Source of the DNA: the human T2T-CHM13v2.0 reference genome, Homo sapiens
Length of the DNA stretch: 64,000 nt
NCBI RefSeq assembly: GCF_009914755.1
Contig: NC_060939.1
Direction: 5' to 3' (one strand)
The position numbers and the translations under genes were made by a program. Of the stretch, positions 1 to 10,815 are shown piece by piece (the first letter of the stretch is position 1; every line of letters begins with the position of its first letter). The notes beneath the pieces were generated by a model that ran no database searches, was not told where the DNA came from, and saw nothing but the letters and a program-made list of their open reading frames with translations.

Positions 1-428
1 CAGTTCTGGAGGACAGAAGTCAAAAATCAGCATCACTGGGCTAAAATCAAGGAGCCGGCAGGGCTGTGCTTCCTCTGGAGGCTTTAGAGGAAAATTTATT
101 CTCACTTCTTCCAGATTCTGGGAGCTGCTAGCATCCTTTGGCTTGTGGCCTCATCACTCCGATCTTCAATATCAGCATCTTCAGATCTTTCTCAATTCCC
201 ATCACTGTCTCTCTTCTGTGTGTCAAATTTCCCTCTGCCCGTCTCTTGTAAGGACACTTGTGATTGCATTTAGGACACACCCTGATCATCCAGGATAATC
301 TCCCCATCTCAGATTCTCTAACTTAATCACATCTGCAAAGACTTTTTTTTTTTTTTCTCCAAATGAGGTCACATTTACAGCTCCAGGATTAGGACCTGCT
401 GTCTTTGGGTGCCGCTATTCAGCCGACT
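1..428 (-). mobile_element. MLT1D/E-like MaLR LTR (truncated by window edge)
   Basis: Reverse complement matches the MLT1 5' region (CTTTGCAGATGTGATTAAGTT...GAGATGGGGAGATTATCCTGGAT). Confidence 0.8.
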
Positions 429-627
429 CCTCTTGCCATCTGTCTTCCTCATAGGCTTTTCAGCTCTGCTTGAGTTCTCCTTCCTGAGCTGCAGTTCTAG
501 ATGCTGGCCCATACCATTTGCTTGCACAGCTCAGATATTCTCATTCTGCCAAAAATTATTTTTAATGTATATTGATTAAATATATGGCTGTTCTGCTCAC
601 ACTGTTGGTCTTATTGGCAACTTCCAC

Positions 628-825
628 AACTAATATTTACTGAGCACATACTGTATGCTCCGTGTTTTACTCGAATTATCATTCTCCCGCCCAAGGAGGT
701 AAGTACTGTTATAATCCGCATCATGCAGGTAGGGAGACCAGGGACAGAGAAGTGAAGTGGCCCATGTCCACCGACATGGTGCTGGGAGCGGGAACGCTCT
801 GGTTGTCTGAGTAAAGGTCCTTCTC
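628..825 (-). mobile_element. MIR SINE fragment
   Basis: aatatttactgagcac tail plus degenerate core (gtactgttataatccgcat...gagaagtgaagtggcc). Confidence 0.55.
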
Positions 826-1409
826 ATCTCCCACACATACTCCCTCCCCAGCATGAATAGGGCTTCTATTTGGAACTATTTACAAAGTCCGGTTGTTTTT
901 GAACTTTGGAACAAATTTCCTATCAGATTCTACACATTGCAGACATAACACAGGAAGGGCTGTTCTAGAAAGCTGAAGATCCAATTCTAAGAGCCAGGGG
1001 GATGCGGTTCGTTTTGGGCTGCATTTGTGACTTCTGCCATCAAGCCAAGCCCAGGCAGGGAGGAAGGGGCATCCCAGGCTCTCATCTGCCCGTTTGACAG
1101 CACATCTCCATGGCTCTTAATTACTCTTCCAACTTTGAACTGTTTGGGACTTTGAAGATCAGCCCTTGTTCCTGTTAAATGTTTAGGTTGAGCTTCTGGG
1201 TTCAGCGATTTATTCATCAGCAAATGAGCCAGCACACGTTGCTAGTCATAGACACTTGTATTTACGCTTTGTCCTGACTTCAATTTCAGACCCTAGAAGT
1301 ACTTATATGTAAAAAATTGTGTCAGTCCACGTAAGAAAACTACTGTGGGAGTGTTTACAAATGATTATCTTGTGCATAAGCTTCTAAGATTATCTTCTAA
1401 AACCATAAA

Positions 1410-1519
1410 GTGCTCGCATCAGCAGCACACAGACTAAAAAACTGGAACAATACAGAGAAGATTAGCATGGCCCCTGTGCAAGGATGACAAAACTCATGAA
1501 GTGTTCCATATAGATTTTT
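1410..1519 (+). pseudogene. U6 snRNA retropseudogene (RNU6-type), full length
   Basis: gtgctcgcatcagcagcacac...atacagagaagattagcatggcccctgtgcaaggatgac...gtgttccatat aligns end to end with U6. It has CpG-decay substitutions and a 3-nt deletion. Degenerate TSD: aaaaccataa (1399) / aaaatcccataa (1520). Confidence 0.95.
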
Positions 1520-1689
1520 AAAATCCCATAAGTAGAAAAGTGGATGGGCCCCTTTAAGAGTATCGCCGTCGAGAGGGAACTGAATTTTAAAAACAAGCAT
1601 GCAAGCAAACCTCAAGGTTAAAACGTATGAAGCTGGTCTATGCACATCTTATTGCTCTGGATGGGAAGAGCAGCAGAGCAAATGGGCTT

Positions 1690-2150
1690 CAGGGGGTTGG
1701 GGGCATGGAGCATTTGCCAAGCTGGTGCCAAGAATGGATGCAGGCACATGGGAAGGAAGGGTTGTGCTGGCCATGGGGGGCTTTGTAGACAACACCGAGG
1801 GCTTGAACTTAATTTTCAAGGCCACAGGGCACCTCTGCAAGATTTTAAGCTGAACAGTGACGTGTTCATGTGCTTTAGAAATATTTTTCTGGCTGTGATA
1901 ATGGCCACAGCAAGAGGTGAAGAGGGCCTGGATTCCTGTTGATAAACAGTAAGGACTGGGTTTGAGCGAGAGGCCAGTCCAGCTAGGAGTTGGCTATAGA
2001 GGGGGAGCAGGGGGAGAAGGGGAGAAAGACGTCCCTGTGCAACTTGAGTGAGTGTGGGCACGGTGGAGTCTTTCCCAGAGATGGGACACCAGGATGCAGA
2101 GAACCAGCCGGACCGTGCACGTGGGAAGAAAGCGCAAAGGCAGTTTCACC
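1690..2150 (-). mobile_element. L2 LINE fragment
   Basis: gattttaagctgaacagtgacgtgttcatgtgctttagaaatatttttctggctg resembles the antisense L2 3' region. Confidence 0.55.
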
Positions 2151-2294
2151 AAGAGGGGAGCTACAGGTTGGGAAGAGGCTATGGCTGAGATGGATAGAAA
2201 GTGCATGCTGTCCCCTCTGTCATGAGGCAGGATGCCGAAAACTGCAGCTGGGCAGAGGCACAGATTGAGGAGGTGGCCGCAGCAGGCACCAATG

Positions 2295-2440
2295 GGAGAA
2301 CTCTGGGTCAGAAGCCAAAAGTCTAGGCCTATTCCGTCCTGACTCACCACACACCTTCGGCAAGGCACATTCTTTCTCTGCCTCAGTTTCCTCATCTGCA
2401 AAACCCCGGAGTTGAATCACATTGAGGGTTCCTCAAAGGA
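2295..2440 (+). mobile_element. MIR
   Basis: ctctgcctcagtttcctcatctgcaaaa core. Confidence 0.7.
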
Positions 2441-3449
2441 GATGGGCTGGTGAGGGACATCCTTGAGCCCCTGGAAACGATGTGCAAAATTGTGTGCCTA
2501 TGCCCCCTTTTGCAGAGGGGCTGGCAGGGCCACCTGAGGAGGGAAGTGACATCAGATGTCATAGGCCACACCTGCAGTTGGAGACATGCTGGTAAAAATT
2601 GCTCTCTACGTATGCCCAGGATGAGTCTCATCTCACCCAACCAGTTCCTGGAAGGCAGAGATCTAGGTCATAGGATGTGTCTCGACACCCCATGGGGGTC
2701 TTGCAATACCTGTGGAGCCAAATGTGCTGGCATGGAGGAGCCTCAGCACATCTGGGTCTTCTAGGAGAGACCCCGTCCCCTGGTCAGTCCAGGCACGTGC
2801 TCCCTACTGGAGCCCCTGGGGCCTGTCTCTCCCTTCTCCACCCTGCAAACTCCTGCTCCTTCTCCGTGCAGCCTTTTCTGTTCCCCTGGAGCAGCCCTGA
2901 TTTCTCGCTGCATTGGGATTTCCCAGGCGAGGTGTCTATACCTCATGCGCAGCCTACTTTTCGCCTATCTGGGATGGAGGTTGTTTGCATGTTCCCTCCT
3001 CTTTCCTTCCTTCCTCTGCCACATAGGCCTGTTTTTGGCAGGGACCATGTCTTAGGCACCTCAGTGTCCCTAAGTGTCTCTCTCAGTGACTGACACATAC
3101 TTGGTACTCCATAAAAGTTTCTGTAGTTGTCTTAACTTATGGAATGACTGCCAGCAAAGTATTTCTTGTTTCCAACCCAGGCTCCTCACTTGCCCTGCTT
3201 CCCTGAGAGCTGCTGGGAGGACCAGCAGCAGTGGCCAGCACTTGCAGTGCCTGGCAGCATTTGCAAGGTCCCTCATGGGTCCTTTCCCACAGGGTCCCAG
3301 GATGATGAGCGTGAAATGAGACCAATAAAAGATTGCACAAATCTTGTTGGACTCACACATAGGATGGAAAGCAATATCCATGTCTGAAACATGTTGGAGC
3401 AGGCCTTCCACCAAGCCCTTTAGAAAAAGGGTTGTATGTGTTGTGTAGA

Positions 3450-3545
3450 GCAAACCTGGCTGACAGGCATTAGCATGCCCATTTTACAGATGGTGAAACG
3501 GGATCTGAGAATTTACGAGCCTTGCTCAAGCTTCCACAGCTATGC
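3450..3545 (-). mobile_element. MIR
   Basis: cccattttacagatggtgaaac...ttgctcaag...cacagct. Confidence 0.65.
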
Positions 3546-6448
3546 CAATGCCGCCAGCCCGCCATCCCTGGGGTTGGAGCCAGGGCATGTGGGGTGATGT
3601 TTTTCTTGGTCGTGAGCAGATGGGCTAGTGCCCTACCTGCACAGTCTCACCGTAGCTCACCCTCCCATACATCCTGTTAAAGGTCCAGCCAAGATCCACT
3701 TCCCTCCCTCGTTTTCTTGCCTGGGTTTTGCCTAGTTCCTTCTCTTCATGCACCACAGGACGCACTCTGAGCAGGCAGGGAGGCCCGTGAGCCTGGCAAA
3801 CAAGCTATTTGCTCTGGGAGGTGGGCTGCTTCTGAGGACAGCACAGGGTTTCTGGGACAGTGCTGAGGAAGTCACCCACAGCCTGGCTCCCTGGCTGAGT
3901 GGACGGTTGAGGTGGCCAGAGGAACTTAGAAGTGGCCCTCCAGTCTCAGGGGGAAAGGCTGGAGGGCTGGAAAGAAAGCAAACTCTGTGATTGAGCTGTG
4001 GGAAGCCTGGCCTGAGCCCCAGGGCCTTGCTGATGGCAGGCTGACTGCTGGGGCACCCCCAGACAGGCCAACGGAGCCAAGCCGACAGCCGGGAGAGAGG
4101 CCTGCTCTCCCACACACGTGGGAATGAGGGCTGCTGAGTCACTGCCCAGCTGGACGCAGCTCCCACTGAAGGCTGGAAGGAAGGCAGGAGAGTATTCCCA
4201 GCCAGGCTGGTGGCCTCAGGACACCCTGAAGTTAGCTGAGCCCTCTAAATGGGCCATGGTAGCCCGGGCTGCCCCTCGCCCTGCTGAACTGATGCATATT
4301 TGCCTCTTGCCGGCTTCTGGGGAGCTCCAACCAGGCAAACAGCCCTTCAGACAGGACATTGGATTAGAGGTCAGATCCCTGAACTTTGGAAAAAAACAAT
4401 CCCAGGGCAAGTCACTTCATCTCCCATGTCCTCACCTTTCCTCTCAGTTACATGGTGAGGCCAACAGGGAATACGGGAAAGGTCTTCACAGGTTGCCCTG
4501 CATATAATAGGATTCAGGCAGGCTAATGGCTCTGCTCCAAGCCTTCCCCTGAGGAAGGGACAGCAGCCCGGCCCCCTCCTCCCCTGGCCTGCCACTGTTC
4601 CCCCCTTAGCCAGTGTCATCCCTGCCGTGTGCCCTTCAGAGCAACCAGGCCCCTCCCAGGGAGAGTTCCTGGGGAGGAGCTGGGGTCACCTCCCGACCCG
4701 GGCCTGGCCTGGAATCCACCTTTCACCTCGGGCAGTGGGCAGAGGAGGGCACTGGCCCTGCAGGCGGAGGCTTCTCTCCCCTCCAGCACCAGCAGCACCC
4801 GCTGGGAGGCCCAGGTGTTGTGCAACTTGAGAAGCAGCTAAGCCAGTGGACCACTCTGCCAGGACAAGAATCAACAGGAAACCTCCCCGCGCATCTCGTT
4901 CACATTCCAGGGGCACCGAGTCCAGCCCAGAGACACCGTAACAAGACACCACTCTGGCTGGCGTTGCCTGTGACACAAACCAATCTTTTATCTGCCATCT
5001 AAGCCTCCCAATTTGCATGCCAGTGACGTACCTTCCACCGCAGGGTGCTTTCCAAACCTTCTAGTGAGGCTGTGCCTCCTGAGCTCTGAGCAAACAGGGA
5101 GTAAGCGATCCTTTAGACACAGGAAGGCTTTGCTAATGATCGTCAGGCATGAGCCCTTCAAGGAAGGGACCCGTCTGTAGGCCCCAGCAGAGGACCTGAC
5201 ACCAGTGGGTGCCTAGGGAGCACTTAGTGGCAGTTCACTGAGCAAGCCACATCTCTGGGGATTAAAGAAAAGAAGGTGAAGCAGAATCTGGTTAAATGGG
5301 CCCATGTGTGCTTGGAGGAATCCCCCCCACCTCTCTCTCTCTATCACATATGCACGGGCCCTCCCCCTCCACACACGCATCACTGAGTTATTTCTCATGA
5401 TTGGAGCATGATGCTGTGGCAATACGGAATTCAAGCCTTTTATCTCTCAGGCCCAGGATGGGAAAAGGACTCACTCAAAGTCACCCAGCAGATTAGTGAC
5501 AGCACTTTTGATGTTTATTATTTTGTATTTTCCCATGTCCTGCCATTTCATCGCACAATTGTCCTCCTTCTCCATCCCACTCCCAGCCAAGTCCCTGCAT
5601 CTGCTGCACTCGCCACTAGTTCCCAGTACTGTGTTTGAAATGCTTAGGGAAAGGGGATTGCTGGCAGAGGGAAGAGCACGTGCAAGCTCCCTGAGGCAGC
5701 AGGGAGCAAATGAGGTGAGCACCCCACTCCCGCCAGTGAGCAGGACTCAGAGAAGTGGGGGTCAGTGGGGGTAGGTGGGAGTCGGAATAAGATCCGACTT
5801 CATAAAGTTTGTTTCTGGATGTGGAGCTAGCAGCCCATGGGGCCAACTTGCTGCCTTCAGGCAGGTGAGTCTCCCTGCTTGTGACTAAGGAAGCTTCTGT
5901 AGTCCTGAGGCACGGAGGATCTGGGCATGAGCCTGCTGGGATGTGGGAAAGGGGCGTGTGAGAGAACCCACATCTCCTGCTTCCTAGGTCAGAGCACCAA
6001 GGAAGGCTTCCTGGAAGGGGCAGACTTTGTGTGGGGCCCAGAGGAGAGCTGTGTGAGCACCCTGGACAAGCTCTACGGATCTGGGTCAGGAGTGATGCAG
6101 GAGGTCACACCACAGGCGTCTTCCTGGACTGAGCACAGCTGCCCCCAGGTGTGCCTCAGGCACTGGGCCCAGCCTGACGTGTCTCAACAGGGTGGGGTTG
6201 GCCAGAGGCTGGCATGGGTGTGTGTTAGGGGAAACCAGCGGAGGAAAGGTGAGCCAGGGCTCCCTGACGTGACCTGAGAGATAACCCTGAGGTCAACCTG
6301 TAAGGGCCCCGGGGAGGAAAGGTGAAGGGAGCCTGGCGCCCTTGCTGGTTGTGAAATGATGACATCTGCTGTGGGTCTGGAACAAACACATAGTTTGCCA
6401 CAGACCCTGATCCTTGGGGACCCTGCGGTCAGTGCAATTGGAGTTCAA

Positions 6449-6483
6449 TACACACACGCACACACACACACACACATGCACGC
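6449..6483. repeat. (CA)n microsatellite, imperfect
   Basis: tacacacacgcacacacacacacacacatgcacgc. Confidence 0.9.
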
Positions 6484-6994
6484 ATTGCGTACCTACTGTG
6501 GCCAGGCATTGTTAGAAGTGGTGGAGCCTCTAGGAACTCAAGAGTACAGAGAAGACCCATGCACTGCTCAGAGAACACAGGCAATAGAGTTTTGCTCGAG
6601 GAGTATTATTTTTAAAGTGCTACTGAAGCTCTCAGGAGGGAGAAAGGAATTCTGGTTGGAAAAGGCCAGGAGCAGCTCTGGTTAGATGCAAATGAGACAT
6701 GAGTTGGGGCTGAACCATCAGGGTGGGGAGGAGGTGGGGTGGGGCAGGCATTTCTGGCAGTGGGAACAGGTTAGGCTCAGAGCATGGCGGAACAGGGAGG
6801 GGTCTTGTGTGCATGGAGCTGGAAACTGCGGTGAGGAGTGTGGGAGGTGAGGCTGTGCAGCTGAGAGGGAGGGTACCAGAGCTTTCTATTTTCCCGACAT
6901 CCTCTGTTTTAGGCCAAGCCATCACACTTTTGGGATCCATAGCCTCAAGACTTCCACATCTGGGGAGGATATTCAGGGGTGGGCTGGATCCAGA

Positions 6995-7185
6995 CTGTCA
7001 TTCTCAAACCCAGGCGTGCATCCAAAACCCCAAGGGGTCCATTGAAACAGAGTCTCCCCCATATTCCCCCAGGGATTATGATTCAGTTGGTTGGGTGTAG
7101 GGCCTGTGAGTTTGCATTTCAAACTAGTTCCCAGGTGATGCCGATGCAGCTGATTGGTCTGTGGACCACACTTTTAGTAGCACCG
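6995..7185 (-). mobile_element. MER5A hAT-Charlie DNA transposon
   Basis: tttgcatttcaaactagttcccaggtgatgccgatgcagctg...gtggaccacactt matches antisense MER5A. Confidence 0.8.
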
Positions 7186-8224
7186 GTCTAGTTTGCTCCC
7201 ATGGGATCCCCTGGGCAGTTCCTGTTGGGAGGTCTCACCCCACTTAGCCCAGTTGTTTCTGGGACTGTCTTTGGGGCTCAGAGGCCTTGTGTGGGAGAAA
7301 TGAAAGGGTACCCTGATTGTCCCCTTCTCCATGGCCCAGACCAGGCTGTGATACCCGGTAAAGCCCCAGGTCACTTCGTGGATCAGGAGCAGTGACAACC
7401 ATGTGAGAATGAAGTTTTCTGGCACTCTGGGAATGGGGCAGAGGAGAGGAGCTCTGGTCCCCAGTCTCCCATCCAGAACACTGGCAGGGAGTGCTTCAAA
7501 ACCGGGAGGAAGGAGCCAGGAGGCCCAGTCAATTCATATAGAGATGAGAGTGGGAAGAGGTGTGTATGTACATGCACACGTGCAGCCCAATACCCCTTGC
7601 AAAAAAGAACTCAGGGTTAGTTACAACCCTGGGCAAGTCTCTTCCTTTTTCTCAGGGTCATTTTCCTCCTCTGGAAAAAATAAGGGAGTTGGATTAGATG
7701 GTTCCTTCTGAGAAAGAGAGACCTGAGAGACTGTCCTGGTAACAACGTCATCATCTGATTAGCACTCAATTTAAAACAGCTAACAGACTCTCAAATTTTG
7801 CAAGCCTTGGCAATTACCGGGCAGAGCTGAAGCAGAAGCTTCGTCTGTGGGGACCAGCCCATCTATGAGGGTGTCATCAGCCACTCAGGGGACCTTCAGC
7901 ATGAATAACATTGCCCCGAGGAAGTTTGTAATGCAAAACAACAGCAGCTCTTTCCCCAGCAGCTCCCCGATGGTCCTCAGAGGTGGTTTTCTGGAGTCCC
8001 TACCGGGCTAAGGGAGAGCTGTCTCAGGGGTTCTGCTGAAGCTGGCAGAGGCCGGCCCCTCTCCCCTCCCCACTTTCCCCCAGGGCTCTGCCCGCTGACA
8101 CTAGTGCAATTACGGCAGCCTTCTGAGAGGCTGACAAAGAAAACGAAGGCTCTGAAACCAAGAGAAGGACCCCCAGAGAGCCCCCGGGCTGTGGAGGCGT
8201 CAGGAAGGGCAGACACAGGCGTGG

Positions 8225-8350
8225 CAGTCGGCCCTGGATTGAATCCAAGTTCTACTTTCATGAGCTGTGTGACCCTGGACAGCATACTTGACCTCTCTGA
8301 GTCTCAATTTTGTTATCTACAAAGACATCCTCTTGGTTGGTTTTGAGAAT
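8225..8350 (+). mobile_element. MIR
   Basis: gagctgtgtgaccctggac...cttgacctctctgagtctcaatttt. Confidence 0.7.
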
Positions 8351-8439
8351 TGGCTAAAATGACAGAAATGCAATTATTTTGGAGAAACGAAAAAATTAAA
8401 TCTACTGAAGCCTTCAACGGTGCCATGTTGTAGATGAAA

Positions 8440-8655
8440 GCTGTGGTTAAGGGCGTGGCATGTGGCATCTCAGACCTGAGTTTGGGTCGCAGCTACTTGC
8501 TGTGTGACCCTTGGAACCTCACTTAACCTCTCTGAGCCTTCATGTCTTCCTCTGTATAATGGAAATATTTATGGCATTTTCCACAAAAGGCTAACAGAAT
8601 GAAAATTAAAAGAGGAGAGCATGTACAAACTGCCTGGCTCACAATAGTCCTCAAA
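8440..8655 (+). mobile_element. MIR
   Basis: gctgtgtgacc...acttaacctctctgagcc. Confidence 0.7.
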
Positions 8656-8839
8656 AAGTTGTTCTTCTCATATTCCCCAGGCAGCCTCGCCTAGGAGAGA
8701 GGGTGGCACTGCCGTTATCCACAGCCAAGCGCCCGCCTCAGCTGTGTGCCACCACACCGCCCTGGGCAGGCCTGGCCAGGCTGAGGGGCACAGACAAGCC
8801 CACAGCAGGCTGCCCGCCCAGTGGTTAGCTCAGGAAAGC

Positions 8840-9530
8840 CTCAAATTATACAATTTATGAAACCCAATCCAGTTTTCCGACTGGAACGTGTGATTAGAGA
8901 GATTACACATTCACTGTTGCAATTATGGTAATGTTGATGTGTGGACAGATAACTGGCAGCAGGGCTGTTCTGAACTGTCTATTTATAGGCTGAAGATGCT
9001 TGCTATCTCAAGGCAGACATATGGGCCATAAAGGCAGGCGACAAAAAACAGGAGGGGGAGAGCAAGCCTCCCCCGGAATGAAAAGACACCAAAGGAAGCC
9101 ATAATTAGGGCTGGGATCGGCTTATGTAAATCAGGTAATACTTTCAAAACAGAGATGAGATCTGGTTTTAATAAAGCGCATTGGAACAAATGGTGGAATA
9201 ATGACTTAATAAATCTAAATACAAATATTTTGTTCCGTCTCCAAAATGAACAGCCCTGGCATCTGCCGAGCCTGGGCCTGGGCGAGGGGGCGGCACCGTA
9301 GTGTTACTGTATTCTTTCACTCCCTCAGCAGGCTCGAAGATTTTAATTTTTAGCCTTCTGCTAAATTACATGGGCTGTCAGTCAACTGTGGGAGATATTT
9401 TGAGTAGGGAGATTTATACAAACACACAGAGCACACTCGGAAGACTCCGCACAATATCTTTTACACCGGCCGGGATGTAAATCATAGGTTGTTGGGAACC
9501 CGATTACAGCTCTTCTGGAAATAGACTGCA
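8840..9530. promoter_or_regulatory. Candidate conserved non-coding element / enhancer
   Basis: No repeat recognised; AT-rich. Motifs: GTAAATCA (9126, 9477), CTGTCA (9375), GCCATAAA (9025) and several TAAT/ATTA cores. Confidence 0.5.
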
Positions 9531-9680
9531 GAGAAACCATTAGTAGCAGGAGGAATCTGGTGGCCCTCTTTGGTGCCCACTCACCCCAGTAGTAACCAGA
9601 GAAGCTCTTTGCTTGTTCTTTTTAGTACCTTTTCCCATGACTTCCCATCCCAACTCCATCCTCCTTCCCATCCCAACTCC

Positions 9681-9813
9681 AAACACACACACACACACCT
9701 GCGGGTTGGGTTTGGCCCAGGTGCTATGAGTTTGCAAACTCTATGCAAAGCCATGGCACACGGCCCAAACCCGACCCACAGGTGTGTGTGTGTGTGTGTG
9801 TGTGTGTGCGTTT
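9681..9813. repeat. Inverted repeat / fold-back with (CA)n and (TG)n outer arms
   Basis: Ungapped complementarity centred on 9740 with a 7-nt loop (9737-9743). Confidence 0.9.
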
Positions 9814-10110
9814 TGCTCGGCTAAACAATGTTGGCCTGCACACAGGGCAATTTAAAAAAATTAATGAAGACATTTTGAAATCAAGACATTCCCCATAAAA
9901 TGTATATTTCCAGCTTCTCCTGATAGATCTGAAAATCTAGCCAGCAACGTGCAGTTTGCTGTCCTGCGTGGTGACAGTGAGTGGAACTGAAGATGTCAGG
10001 TGAATGTGGCTTCCACTGCTCCTCACTGCCCCACAATCCCCATGCTCCACCTGCTTTACTTATGTTGTCTGCCTGGTCTCCAAGGCCATGACATTTTTGA
10101 CCACTGGTAT
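9750..10110. mobile_element. Old hAT-Charlie DNA transposon (MER102/MER113-like; subfamily uncertain)
   Basis: cataaaatgtatatttccagcttctcc...gaaaatctagccagcaac internal motif and TIR-like end tttgaccactg. Confidence 0.5.
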
Positions 10111-10249
10111 AAATTCATCCCTTTTTACACATGATGGTCTGTGGCTCAGGAAATGTATTTGAAAATCACAAATAATGTATGCATAAATCACTAATGCATA
10201 TATTATTATGCACTCAAATCTGGGTTTATTAAATAAGAAAAATGAAGAC

Positions 10250-10365
10250 AATATAATATATAATATTAACGTAAAATTAATGTCACAGATATATACGTGT
10301 GTGTGTGTATATATATGTGTGTGTGGGTGTGAATGGAGAGAGAGACAGGGAGAGAGAGAAGGGAG
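10250..10365. repeat. Mixed (TA)/(TG)/(GA) simple repeats
   Basis: atatatacgtgtgtgtgtgtatatatatgtgtgtgt...gagagagaga. Confidence 0.8.
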
Positions 10366-10602
10366 GTTTCAATGATTCTTGCTTGGGAAAGACTGCTCTT
10401 TATTCCATTCTAGTCTGTTTCATCTTTTTCAATAGATGCTGGTTGTTACACTGATGTTCTTAACTTGACAGAGTTAAAAGCTGGTAACTTTATGCCAGTC
10501 CCCTATATTTTACTGATCTGTGAAATCCCAAAGAATGGGTATTCCTTGCCCCAGTTATGAGATATTTGTGGATTCTCAGAATAGGAGGGCAGCTCTGAGG
10601 GC

Positions 10603-10815
10603 ATCCGCTCATCATCCATCCATCCTTACATACATCTACCTGTGTGTCCCTCCATCCACCCGTTCACTGATACTTGTTCATCCATGTGTCCATACATTTG
10701 TTCAACTGTCCATATATACATACATACATCTGCTTGTCTATCTATCCATTCATACATCCGTTCATCTGTACATCCATCCTTCCACCTACCCATCTATACA
10801 TTCACCCAACTGTCC
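10603..10815. repeat. Degenerate (CATC/TCCA)n tract
   Basis: catccatccatcc...atccacc...tatccattcatacatcc. Confidence 0.75.
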
